Origin: Candidatus Marinacidobacterium sp.
GTDB taxonomy: Bacteria > Acidobacteriota > Vicinamibacteria > Marinacidobacterales > Marinacidobacteraceae
Length of the DNA: 64,000 nucleotides
Direction of reading: 5' to 3'
Assembly (NCBI GenBank): GCA_965220965.1
Contig: OZ244852.1
Coordinates: 640,001-704,000 of the forward strand
The translations under genes and the position numbers were made by a program. How positions within the stretch are numbered: the stretch's first letter is position 1; each line of letters starts with the position of its first letter. Positions 8,649 through 17,803 of the stretch are shown here, piece by piece. The notes under the pieces are model-generated. The model did no database searches and was not told the origin of the DNA. It saw only the letters and a program-made list of their open reading frames with translations.

Positions 8649-10409
8649 TCACCCCTGGCTTGCGCGGCGAAGCGCGAAGGCGGATGCGGTGCGCACCGGG
8701 TCTACGCCCGGCTGGAAGATGCGTTCGGACGCCGCTTTCGCCAGGGCGATCCCGCTGGGGCGCCCGAAGTGGCCGGTGAGGGCGGTCTCGGCGCGAATCT
8801 CGACATCGTGTCCGCGCTCTTCCAGCAGGCGCGCCACCTCGGAAGCCGAGGGGGTTCTCTCGTCGAGGCTGAGCGGGCCGGTGTCGGCGTGAAACCCCGG
8901 CCCCTCCGCGGCTTCCGGCAGGGAGACCCCGCGGCCGAGAGCCCGCGCCAGCATGATCGCCACCGCCGAGATGAGCCGGCGGCCCCCCGGAGAGCCGGCG
9001 ACGACCTCGAGCTCGCCGTCCCGGCAGACCAGCGCGGGCGCCGCCGCGTGGAGCGCGCGGCGACCCGGGGCGGGGGAGATCCTGTTCCCCGGCCTCGGGT
9101 CGAACCACATCATCCCGTTGTTCAGGGGATATCCGAGCCCGGGAACCGCGAACGCCGACCCGAACCGACCGCCGAGGGTCGCGGTGAAGGCGACCGCCAT
9201 CCCGTCCTCGTCCGCGACGTTCATGTGGGTGGTGCAGTCCCCCGCCGCGGCGGCCGGCGCGGCAGTGGCGTCGTCCGGGGCGCCGGCCGGCGCGGTCTCG
9301 GCCAGGGTCGGCGCCCGCGGTCCGTCCGCGGTCATCCCCGACCGCCGGGCCGCGAGATACGCGGGCTCGAGCAGCCCCGCGAGCGGGACCGGAACGCTCT
9401 CCGGGTCGCCCAGCCACCGGAAGCGGTCGTCGAACGCGAGCCGCAGCGCCTCCGCCGCGGCGTGCAGGAAGCGCGCGGTCCCGGCCGGCGCGGGATCCGC
9501 CGCCAGCGCCGCGGGGAAAGCGTCCAGGTGCGCGAGCGCCGCCAGCAGCGTCGGGCCGCCGGAGTTCGCCGGGAGCGTGACGACCTCCCGACCGAAGGCG
9601 GTTATCCGGATCGGATCCACCTCGCGGGCCGCCTCGGCGGCGAAGTCCTCGGGGGCGAGCACGCCGCCGGCTTCCCGCACGCCGTCCGCAAGCCGGCGGG
9701 CGAGGTCTCCCCGATAGAACGGCTCCGCGCCGTCCCGCGCGAAGCGACGCAGGCTGGCGGCGAGGTCCGGCAGCCGGAGCCGGTCGCTCTCGCCGGTCGG
9801 GACGAACGGACTCCCGTCGGGGCGGGTGTAGAGCGGGAACGCTCCGGGGGAGCGGCGCAGGCGCCGATAACCGGCGGCGGCGTGGACCGCGAAGACCCAG
9901 TCGGGGACGAAACCCTCGGAGGCCAGCCGTATCGCCGGTTCTACGGTCGTCTCGAAGGGGAGGCGGCCGAACCGGGCGTGGAGCGCGGCGAGCACCGCGG
10001 GAGCGGTCGGGACAAGGGCTGAGAGCGGGCCGGTCTCCGCCCGGTCTCCCTTCGTCGGAGGGAACCCGTAGAGCCCGCCGCCTACGCCGGGCAGGGGCTC
10101 GAACATGTCCTCGCGGGTCGACGCCGGACAGCGCGCGGCGCCCTCGAGCGCGGTGATGCGGGACCCGGCGACATCGCTCCCGGGCGCGCACACCAGGGCG
10201 TAGGCCGTTCCTCCCAGGCCGCTCATCGCGGGCTCCACAACGCCCGAGGCCAGCGCCGTCGCCACCGCGGCGTCCGCGGCGTTTCCGCCGGCGGCCAGGG
10301 TCTCCGCCCCGACCCGCGCTGCGATCCGGGACATCGCGGTGACGGCGCCGGCGTTCCCCCGGACCCGGAAACGTCCCGGCCGGGGAACGGCCTCGCGCAG
10401 GGTCAGCAC
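8649..10409 (-). CDS. Gamma-glutamyltransferase family (Ntn hydrolase)
   Basis: 'GGNAADAAVA', 'VVEP.MSGLGG', autoprocessing Thr in 'CTTHMNVAD', 'FGS..PGLG..LNNGM', 'GSPGG'. Confidence 0.9.
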   Translation of the reverse strand: MLTLREAVPRPGRFRVRGNAGAVTAMSRIAARVGAETLAAGGNAADAAVATALASGVVEPAMSGLGGTAYALVCAPGSDVAGSRITALEGAARCPASTREDMFEPLPGVGGGLYGFPPTKGDRAETGPLSALVPTAPAVLAALHARFGRLPFETTVEPAIRLASEGFVPDWVFAVHAAAGYRRLRRSPGAFPLYTRPDGSPFVPTGESDRLRLPDLAASLRRFARDGAEPFYRGDLARRLADGVREAGGVLAPEDFAAEAAREVDPIRITAFGREVVTLPANSGGPTLLAALAHLDAFPAALAADPAPAGTARFLHAAAEALRLAFDDRFRWLGDPESVPVPLAGLLEPAYLAARRSGMTADGPRAPTLAETAPAGAPDDATAAPAAAAGDCTTHMNVADEDGMAVAFTATLGGRFGSAFAVPGLGYPLNNGMMWFDPRPGNRISPAPGRRALHAAAPALVCRDGELEVVAGSPGGRRLISAVAIMLARALGRGVSLPEAAEGPGFHADTGPLSLDERTPSASEVARLLEERGHDVEIRAETALTGHFGRPSGIALAKAASERIFQPGVDPVRTASAFALRRASQG

Positions 10410-10459
10410 GGAAGCGTCCCGGTCCGGCGTTTCATGCTCGGCGCTTCATGCCCGGCGGT

Positions 10460-11434
10460 TCATGCAAGGACATCCGCGAGCAGCCCCGCTTCGGCGTTCC
10501 CTCCGCACAGCGGCAGCACGAGCCGCCGGTCGGCGAAGCGGTCCCGGTGCTCCAGCGCGGCGGCCACCCCGGCGGCGCCGGCGGGCTCCACGACGAGACC
10601 GAGCGTCCGGTGCAGCAGGCGAACCGCCTCCCGAAGCGAGTCCTCGCGCACCGCGAGGACTTCGTCGACCACCGAGCGCATGACCTCGACCGCCTCCGGG
10701 ACCGGGACCCGCACCGCGATCCCGTCGGCGATCGTCGCGGGCGCATCGGCCGCCGCCGAAGCGTCCCCGGTTTCGAACGCCCGTCGCATGACCGGCGCCG
10801 TCCCGGCGACGACCCCGATCACCCGAACGTCGGGACGGTATGCGCGGCAGTAGAGCCCCATGCCGCCGATCAGGGCGCCGTTCCCGACCGGAGAGACGAG
10901 CAGGTCGCCGGCGTCCGCCTCGAAGCACTCGAGCGCGATCGTTCCCGCGCCCTCGGTGATCTCCGGCTCCCGGCCGTCCTCCACGAACGCGGCGCCGGTC
11001 TCGTCGGCGAAGCCGCGCGCCGCCTCCTTGGCGGCGTCGAAGTCGTCGCCCTCGAGGCGGACCTCGGCCCCCAGCCGGCGCATCGCCGCGACCTTGTCCG
11101 GATTGGCCCGGACCGAAGAGAACACCGTGATCGGGATGGCGGCCCGGCGGGCGGCGAAGGCGAGCCCCTGTCCGAAGTTGCCGGCCGACCCGGTGACCCA
11201 GCCGGCCCGGCCGCCCGAGGCGTCCCGCTTCGCTTCCGCGCCGCGGCGGGCGCCGAACCAGCAAGCGCCCCGGGCCTTGAAGCTCCGGATGGGATTCAGC
11301 GTCTCGACCTTTACGAAGGCCCGGGCGCCGAGCGCTTCGGAGAGGTCCGCCGAGACGAACTGCGGGGTGTCGCGGAACTCCGCGGGAATTGCGCCGTGGG
11401 CCGGCTCGATCCGGTCGGCGCGGGGAGGGTCCAT
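10460..11434 (-). CDS. PLP-dependent threonine/serine dehydratase family
   Basis: 'KVETLNPIRSFKARGA' PLP lysine, 'SAGNFGQG', 'PVGNGALIGG', 'EPAGA', 'CGGN'. Confidence 0.9.
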   Translation of the reverse strand: MDPPRADRIEPAHGAIPAEFRDTPQFVSADLSEALGARAFVKVETLNPIRSFKARGACWFGARRGAEAKRDASGGRAGWVTGSAGNFGQGLAFAARRAAIPITVFSSVRANPDKVAAMRRLGAEVRLEGDDFDAAKEAARGFADETGAAFVEDGREPEITEGAGTIALECFEADAGDLLVSPVGNGALIGGMGLYCRAYRPDVRVIGVVAGTAPVMRRAFETGDASAAADAPATIADGIAVRVPVPEAVEVMRSVVDEVLAVREDSLREAVRLLHRTLGLVVEPAGAAGVAAALEHRDRFADRRLVLPLCGGNAEAGLLADVLA

Positions 11435-11547
11435 GGGCGCCCGGATGGTAGTCGGGCGGCCGCGCCGCCCGGACTGGTCGGCTCCGCATACACTCCGTCG
11501 GGTTCGCGGTGGCCGCCTGGCCGCCGGAGGCCATCAGGAGAACGAGC

Positions 11548-12696
11548 ATGAAGCGAGAGACGACACCGGACGCGCGCGGGGTGACCCGGCGGCAATTCGT
11601 GAAGGCGGGGGCGGCGGGAGCGGCGGCCCTCTCGACCGGGATCGCCCGGCCGGCGCGCGGCGCTCCGGCCGTCCAGAGTTCCGGGCCCCGGCCGGTCGTC
11701 ATTTCGTCCGGCAACGGGAACCGCTACAGGAACGGCGGCGACGAGGTCGTCGTCGAGCGCGCCTTCCGGATGATGACCGAGGGCGAGGACATCCTCGAGA
11801 GCCTGATCGCCGGCGTGAACATCGTCGAGCTCGACCCCGAGGACGCGAGCGTGGGCTACGGCGGCCTTCCGAACGCCGACGGCGTCGTCCAGCTCGACTC
11901 CTGCTGCATGCACGGTCCGCTGCGGCGGGCCGGAGGGGTGGCCGGGCTCGAAGGGGTCCGCACTCCGTCGAACGTGGCCCACCATGTCCTCCAGATCACC
12001 GACCATCACCTGCTGGTGGGGAAGGGCGCCCAGGTCTTCGCCCGCAACATGGGTCTCAAGATCGAGGACGACCTCAACTCCGACCGGTCCCGGGCGATGT
12101 GGCTCGAGTGGAAGCGGCGGATCGACCCGCGGCACTATCTCGACCCGAAGACGCGCGCCGACGCCGGTCACGCGGCGGGGCTCTCGATGGTCCGGGACGG
12201 GCTGATCCCCGAAGAGGACTACTACGGGACGATCAACTGCGACGGCCTCAACGCGAACGGCGACCTCGCGGGCGTCACCACCACCAGCGGGCTGGCGTGG
12301 AAGATCCCGGGACGGGTGGGAGACTCGCCCATCCTCGGCGCCGGCCTGTATGTGGACAACGAAGTCGGCGCGGCCGGCTCGACGGGCCGGGGCGAGGCGA
12401 ACCTCTACGGCCTGTGCTCGTACCTGGTCGTGGAAGAGATGCGCCGCGGAGCGCACCCGAAGGACGCCGCGATGACGGCGCTCGCCCGGGTCAAGGAGAA
12501 CACCGTCGAAAAGCGCCTCCTGAACAGCCGCGGCCTTCCGGCTTTCGGGCTGTCCTTCTACGTCCTGAACAAGGCGGGCGAGTACGCCGGCGTCTCGATG
12601 TACACCACCGAGCGCTCCACCTTCGCGGTCTGCACCGAGAACGGGCCGGAGTCGGTTCCCATGGAGCCGTACCTGGAGGGTTCCGCCTCCGACTGA
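11548..12696 (+). CDS. N(4)-(beta-N-acetylglucosaminyl)-L-asparaginase / isoaspartyl peptidase family, Tat-exported
   Basis: Tat signal 'TRRQFVK'; 'SVGYGGLPN', 'GTI', 'TTTSGLAWKIPGRVGDSPILGAG', 'TGRGE'; AGGAG RBS. Confidence 0.92.
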   Translation: MKRETTPDARGVTRRQFVKAGAAGAAALSTGIARPARGAPAVQSSGPRPVVISSGNGNRYRNGGDEVVVERAFRMMTEGEDILESLIAGVNIVELDPEDASVGYGGLPNADGVVQLDSCCMHGPLRRAGGVAGLEGVRTPSNVAHHVLQITDHHLLVGKGAQVFARNMGLKIEDDLNSDRSRAMWLEWKRRIDPRHYLDPKTRADAGHAAGLSMVRDGLIPEEDYYGTINCDGLNANGDLAGVTTTSGLAWKIPGRVGDSPILGAGLYVDNEVGAAGSTGRGEANLYGLCSYLVVEEMRRGAHPKDAAMTALARVKENTVEKRLLNSRGLPAFGLSFYVLNKAGEYAGVSMYTTERSTFAVCTENGPESVPMEPYLEGSASD

Positions 12697-12697
12697 T

Positions 12698-13069
12698 TTG
12701 GGTCACTCTCGTTTCGGAAAGGGGCGCCGCGGCCGCTTCCCGGCGGTCGGCGCCCTGATCGTCGGGCTGTTCGTCGGCGGCGTTGCGTTCGCGCAGCCCC
12801 CGAAAGCGGAAGAGGAAGAGGAGCCGCTCCCGCCTCCTCCGTCGATCTTCGATCTCTCCTACGAGGTGAGGAACCCGAGGGAACTGGGTCCCAAGGACTT
12901 CCAGAACCGCTGGCGGCGCATCTGGGGAGCGCTCGGGATGCGCGCCCACTACTACCCGTCACAGCTCAGCGGACCGGAGAACTGGCCCCCGCACCTCTAC
13001 GGCGGCGGGATGAACTACAGCATCTGGCGGGACACAGTCACCGGCTGGCATCAGGGCACACCGCCTTGA
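12698..13069 (+). CDS. Hypothetical secreted protein
   Basis: Signal-peptide-like N-terminus (AFA-Q), acidic/Pro linker, Trp/Tyr-rich C-terminus; fills the gap in a co-oriented gene run. TTG start uncertain. Confidence 0.55.
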   Translation: MGHSRFGKGRRGRFPAVGALIVGLFVGGVAFAQPPKAEEEEEPLPPPPSIFDLSYEVRNPRELGPKDFQNRWRRIWGALGMRAHYYPSQLSGPENWPPHLYGGGMNYSIWRDTVTGWHQGTPP

Positions 13070-13117
13070 ACCGCGCGTTGCGCGGAAGGGGCCGCGGCGT
13101 AAGCCATCCCTGACGCC

Positions 13118-14422
13118 TTGCGGGTCCTGAGCTTCACCGCCGGCGCGGGGGAGATGCTCTGCGGGAGCTGCATCCGCGACAACACCCTCGCCCGCGAGCT
13201 GGGACGCCGCGGGCACGAGGTCCGGCTCGCGCCGCTCTACCAGCGCAGCCGGACGGACGAGGAGAGCGTCTCCGACCCGTCGGTGCGCTTCGGCGGCGTC
13301 TCGGTGTTCCTGCAGCACGCCGCCCCCCTGTTCGGGCGGCTGGGCTTCGTGAACGCGTTCCTCGATTCGGGCCCGGTCGTGCGCCTCGCCGGGCGCTTCT
13401 CCGGTTCGACCGAGGCGAGTCGCCTCGGCCCGCTGACCGTGACCACGCTGCTGGCGGAGCGCGGGCCGGCGCGACGCGCCGTCGAGTCGCTCATGGCCTC
13501 GCTGTCCGGAGAGCGGTTCGATCTCGTCATGCTGCCGAACTCGTTGCTCCTCGGACTGGTCGCGCCCCTCAGGGCGGCCCTCGGCGCCCCGGTGATCGTC
13601 ACCTTCTCGGGCGAGGATCTCTTCCTCTCGCAGCTTCCCGAGGAGGACCGGAACGCGGCGCTCGACCTCATGCGGGAGGCGGCCCGCGAGGTGGACCTCT
13701 TCGTGGGCGTCACCGCTCACCACGCGAAGGACATGGCGCGCCGCCTCGGGGCGCCCGAGTCCCGGGTTGCGGTGGTCCGCCTGGGGGTCGACCCGGCCGG
13801 CTTCCCCGACGCGCCGAAGCCGGCCCCGGCGGATCCGCCCGACGAGGTCACGATCGCGTATCTCTCCCGCATCGCCCCCGAGAAGGGCCTCGACCGGTTG
13901 GCGGACGCCGTCGCCTCGGTCAGCCGGGCCGGGGGGCCGCGGCTCCGCGTCCGCGCCGCCGGGTGGATGGCGCGGAGCCAGCGCGGCTACCTGGCCGGCG
14001 TGCGCGCCCGTTTCGCGTCCGAGGCGCCGGGCGTCCGGTTCGACTACGAGGGGAGCCCGGACCGCGAGGGGAAGCTGCGGCTGCTGCGCGAGGCGGATGT
14101 GTTCGCGTTGCCCGCTGTCTTCCCCGAGCCCAAGGGCATTCCCCCGATCGAGGCGATGATGGCGGGAACCCCGGTCGTGCTGCCCGCGACCGGGGCCTAC
14201 CCGGACCTGATCCGCCGCACCGGCGGCGGCGTCCTGGCCCGCAGCGCCGATCCCGGGGACTTCGCGGCGGCGCTCGGGGACCTGCTGCGGGATCCGGAGG
14301 AACGCTCCCGCCTCGGCGCGGAAGGATTCCGGCGGGTGCGCGAGGAGCACTCCGCCCACCGCATGGCGGAAGACATGGAGGCCGCCTGGCGCGAGGCCGT
14401 CCGCATCCGCCGCGCCGCCTGA
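13118..14422 (+). CDS. Glycosyltransferase family 4 (GT-B)
   Basis: 'YLSRIAPEKG', 'EPKGIPPIEAMMAGTPVV' nucleotide-sugar motif; N-terminal 'AGAGEMLCGSCIRD'. Confidence 0.9.
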   Translation: MRVLSFTAGAGEMLCGSCIRDNTLARELGRRGHEVRLAPLYQRSRTDEESVSDPSVRFGGVSVFLQHAAPLFGRLGFVNAFLDSGPVVRLAGRFSGSTEASRLGPLTVTTLLAERGPARRAVESLMASLSGERFDLVMLPNSLLLGLVAPLRAALGAPVIVTFSGEDLFLSQLPEEDRNAALDLMREAAREVDLFVGVTAHHAKDMARRLGAPESRVAVVRLGVDPAGFPDAPKPAPADPPDEVTIAYLSRIAPEKGLDRLADAVASVSRAGGPRLRVRAAGWMARSQRGYLAGVRARFASEAPGVRFDYEGSPDREGKLRLLREADVFALPAVFPEPKGIPPIEAMMAGTPVVLPATGAYPDLIRRTGGGVLARSADPGDFAAALGDLLRDPEERSRLGAEGFRRVREEHSAHRMAEDMEAAWREAVRIRRAA

Positions 14423-14434
14423 CAACCTGATTTC

Positions 14435-15541
14435 ATGACCGATCCGCACGAATCCCGTCCTCATCCCGACGCGGTCGCATCCGCCCGCGCCGGGCTCGAC
14501 AGCCACGTCCGCGACATCGTCCGCTGGCACTTCTCGGAAGACACCGGCTGCTCCTTCTGGCTCGACTTTCGCGAGCGGCTGGACTTCGATCCGCTCACCG
14601 ACATCCGGGGTTTCGACGACCTCCGGCGCTTTCCTCCCTTCGAGGACGACTGGCTCCGGGGCGGGCCGGTCCGGCGGTGGGTCCCGAAGCCCTGGCAGGA
14701 CCGGCCCCTCTTCGTCTTCGAGACCGGGGGGACGACCGGCATTCCCAAGAGCCGCGTCGGCATCACCGACTTTCGCGAGGACTACGAGCTGTTCAGCGAG
14801 CTGCTTCCCGACGAGCACTTTCCCCGCGGCTCGAACTGGCTCATGCTCGGTCCCACCGGACCGCGCCGTCTTCGGCTCTCGGTCGAACACCTCGCCCAGC
14901 ACCGCGGCGGGATCGCGTTCTGCCTGGACCTCGACCCCCGCTGGGTCATCAAGCTGATCCGGAAGAACTGGCTGGAGCATCTCCAGGAGTACCAGCGCCA
15001 CTGCATCGACCAGGCGCTCACGATCCTCTCGGCGGGCCATGACATCCAGTGCCTGTTCACGACGCCCAAGCTGCTCGAGGCGCTCTGCCTGGCGCTCGAG
15101 GACCGCGGAAGCAGCCTCCGGGAGACGGGGATCCGCGGCATCTTTTCCGGGGGCACGGAGTTCACCCCCCAGTGGACGCGGTTCGCGGTCGAGGAACTGC
15201 TCGACGGGGTCTACCTCCAGCCCACCTACGGCAACACGCTCATGGGCCTCGCGCCCGCCCGTCCCCCGACGCCGGCCGACGGCTACACGATCGCCTATTA
15301 CCCGCCGATGCCACGGGCCGTGCTCGAGGTGGTCGACCCCGACAGCGGCGAGCTGGTGGACTACGGCGGGACCGGGCGCGTGCGCCTCACGACCCTGACC
15401 CGCGAGTTCTTCGTTCCCGGCTTTCTCGAGCGCGACGAGGGCGAACGCGAACGACCCTGGGGGCCCTACGCCTGGGACGGCGTCAGCGGGGTGCGCCCGT
15501 TCGGCCAGCTCCCCGGCGGCACGACCGTCGGGGTCTACTGA
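14435..15541 (+). CDS. EhpF/GriC-like truncated ANL-superfamily adenylating enzyme
   Basis: 'WHFSEDTGCSFWL...FDP', P-loop 'ETGGTTGIPK', 'DLDPRWV', 'TTPKLL', 'GGTE', 'YGNT', 'ERD', C-terminal 'GVY': the motif order I recall for EhpF; 368 aa, lacking the small C-terminal ANL domain. Confidence 0.78.
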   Translation: MTDPHESRPHPDAVASARAGLDSHVRDIVRWHFSEDTGCSFWLDFRERLDFDPLTDIRGFDDLRRFPPFEDDWLRGGPVRRWVPKPWQDRPLFVFETGGTTGIPKSRVGITDFREDYELFSELLPDEHFPRGSNWLMLGPTGPRRLRLSVEHLAQHRGGIAFCLDLDPRWVIKLIRKNWLEHLQEYQRHCIDQALTILSAGHDIQCLFTTPKLLEALCLALEDRGSSLRETGIRGIFSGGTEFTPQWTRFAVEELLDGVYLQPTYGNTLMGLAPARPPTPADGYTIAYYPPMPRAVLEVVDPDSGELVDYGGTGRVRLTTLTREFFVPGFLERDEGERERPWGPYAWDGVSGVRPFGQLPGGTTVGVY

Positions 15542-15562
15542 GCCTCGGCGGCCCGCCCCGGA

Positions 15563-15605
15563 AGTCCTCCCGCACCCCGGTTCGGGACCCCGGTTCGGGA
15601 GGACT
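15563..15605. terminator. Hairpin between convergent genes (possible bidirectional terminator) enclosing a 13-bp tandem duplication
   Basis: AGTCCTCCCG (15563-72) / CGGGAGGACT (15596-605) inverted repeat; ACCCCGGTTCGGG x2 at 15574-15599; no U-tract. Confidence 0.4.
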
Positions 15606-15614
15606 CGGCCGGCC

Positions 15615-17666
15615 TCAGTTGGTTTCGGACGCCGTGGTGCGGTAGCGCTCGAACCAGGCGAGGATGTTGGCGATCTTGCCGATGAGCTGGCTCGGCCGCC
15701 GGCTCATGTCGTGCGAAGCCCCCGGAAGCCGGACCACGCCGGTGTCGATCCGCCGCATCTTGAGCGCGTGGAAGAGCTGGTACGACTCGGACAGGGGTGT
15801 CCTCAGGTCCGCCGACCCGGTCACGATCAGGGTGGGCGTCGTGATGTTCTCCGCCAGCGAGAGCGGCGAGAACTTCCAGTAGGGGGCCGGGTCCTCCCAT
15901 GGGAGGCCCTCGTAGCGGCTGTGGAAGTAGCCGTACCAGTTGTCGGCGGTGAGCGTCTTGCTGATCCAGTTGACCACCGGCTTCTGGGAGACCGCGGCGC
16001 GGAACCGGTCCGTCTTGCCGACGATCCAGGCGGTCAGGATGCCGCCCGCGCTCCCGCCGGTCACGAAGAGGTTGTCCGGGTCGATGTAGCCGCGGGCGAT
16101 CACCGCGTCCACCCCCGAGATGACGTCGTCGTAGTCCTCGCCCGGGTAGTTGTGGTAGAGCAGATCCCCGAACTCCTCGCCGTAGCTGGTGCTGCCCCGG
16201 GGGTTCGGGTAGAGGACCACGTATCCGGCGGCCGCCATCAGCTGCATCTCCGCCGAGAAGCGGTCCCCGTAGTTCGAGATCGGCCCGCCGTGGATTTCGA
16301 GGATGAGCGGGTAGCGACGGGCGGGATCGAAGTCGGGCGGCTTCACGATCCATCCGTGGATCGGGTGGCCGTCGAACGATGAATCCCACCAGATCTCCTC
16401 GACTTCGCCGAGCGTTCGCCCGGAGAGGAGGTCCTCGTTGAGCGCGGTGATCCTCCGGACCTCTCCCCCGGGTCGCCCGAGCGCGACCTCGCCGGGCTGA
16501 TCGGGGCGGGTCTGGTTCATCGCGAACGAGCCGTCGTTCGCGACCGAGAACGATCCGCCCCCGTAGGGCCGGCCGTAGGAGGCGCCTCCGAGGTCGCCCG
16601 CGAGGACGCTGGTCTCCCCGTCGAGGGTGACGAACCCGACCTTCGAGTTGCCGAGGTCGTCGTACTGGAAGTAGACGCCGCTCCCGTCGCGCGCCCACAC
16701 CGGGGCCGACACGCTCCGGTCGAGGCCCGCCGTCAGCACCCGCCGCCCGCTGCCGTCGAGGTTCATCACCTCGAGGCGGCGCACCTGGTAGGTGCGCACG
16801 CGGTCCTCGTTGCTGATGAAGGCCACGCTCTGTCCGTCAGGGGAGACGGCCGGGCTCTGGTCCGGTCCGTTGCGATCGGTCAGCGCGCGGATCTCCCCGC
16901 CGGCCGCCGGCGCGATGTAGAGCTCGGAGTTGCGGTAGTCGTAGACCCAGTCGGGCTTGCGGTTCGAGGAGAACACCAGGTTCTGGCTGTCCGGCGTCCA
17001 GGCGGCCGGGCTGGCGTGATGGAAGTCCCCGGAAGTCACCTGGACCGGGGTGCCCCCTTCGGCCGACACCACGAAGAGGTGCTGGAACCCGAAATCCAGG
17101 TAACCGACGCCGTCCTGCCGGTTCCGGAAACGGTCCTCGAGGATCGGCGGGTCGGCCCACTCGGCGCCCGGCGGCGGCCTCGGCGGCGCCGTCAGGCTCG
17201 GCGCCGGATGGGGAACGAGCATGTTGAACGCGATGTGGCGCCCGTCGGGCGACCAGCGGATCGCGCGCGGGGACTCGAGGAGCTGGGTGAGCGTGGTGGT
17301 GTCTCCGGTGTCCATCCAGCGCAGTTGAATCTGGCCGTCAGCGATGTAGGCCAGCCGGTCGCCGCCCGGGGACCAGCGGGGGGTCGTTCCGGCGCCGAGG
17401 CGGCGGTGGTCCCCTCCGTCGGCGTTCACGACCCACAGTTCGCGCCGCTGCCGGTCGCGCTGGATGTCCATCGACGTGCGGACATAGACCACGCGTTCGC
17501 CGTCGGGAGAGATCTGCGGGTCGGCCGCGAATTCGAGCTGGAACACGTCCATCGGCTCGAAATGGCCCGAGGCCTGGCCGGCCGTCTCGGCCGGATGCAA
17601 CAGCAGGGTCAGCGCCGCCGCGAGCATCCCGGCGGAGAAGGGCGACAGGCGAGAGAACGTAGACAT
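15615..17666 (-). CDS. S9 family (acylaminoacyl/dipeptidyl-type) peptidase, secreted
   Basis: Signal peptide, PD40-like 'WSPDG' repeats, 'IHGGP', 'NPRGS.SYG', 'GGSAGG', 'D.R.P', 'ASH'; AGGAG RBS before ATG 17666. Confidence 0.92.
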   Translation of the reverse strand: MSTFSRLSPFSAGMLAAALTLLLHPAETAGQASGHFEPMDVFQLEFAADPQISPDGERVVYVRTSMDIQRDRQRRELWVVNADGGDHRRLGAGTTPRWSPGGDRLAYIADGQIQLRWMDTGDTTTLTQLLESPRAIRWSPDGRHIAFNMLVPHPAPSLTAPPRPPPGAEWADPPILEDRFRNRQDGVGYLDFGFQHLFVVSAEGGTPVQVTSGDFHHASPAAWTPDSQNLVFSSNRKPDWVYDYRNSELYIAPAAGGEIRALTDRNGPDQSPAVSPDGQSVAFISNEDRVRTYQVRRLEVMNLDGSGRRVLTAGLDRSVSAPVWARDGSGVYFQYDDLGNSKVGFVTLDGETSVLAGDLGGASYGRPYGGGSFSVANDGSFAMNQTRPDQPGEVALGRPGGEVRRITALNEDLLSGRTLGEVEEIWWDSSFDGHPIHGWIVKPPDFDPARRYPLILEIHGGPISNYGDRFSAEMQLMAAAGYVVLYPNPRGSTSYGEEFGDLLYHNYPGEDYDDVISGVDAVIARGYIDPDNLFVTGGSAGGILTAWIVGKTDRFRAAVSQKPVVNWISKTLTADNWYGYFHSRYEGLPWEDPAPYWKFSPLSLAENITTPTLIVTGSADLRTPLSESYQLFHALKMRRIDTGVVRLPGASHDMSRRPSQLIGKIANILAWFERYRTTASETN

Positions 17667-17803
17667 CGGATGACTCCTGGGCGGGCGGGTCGGGACGGGC
17701 GAGTCCCGAAGCGGCGTTTCCGGTTCGCAGATCATGACCGAACCGGGTCAGGGAGATCCCGGCCGCACCCGGAACCGCCGGCGCTCGGTACACTGGCGCC
17801 ACC

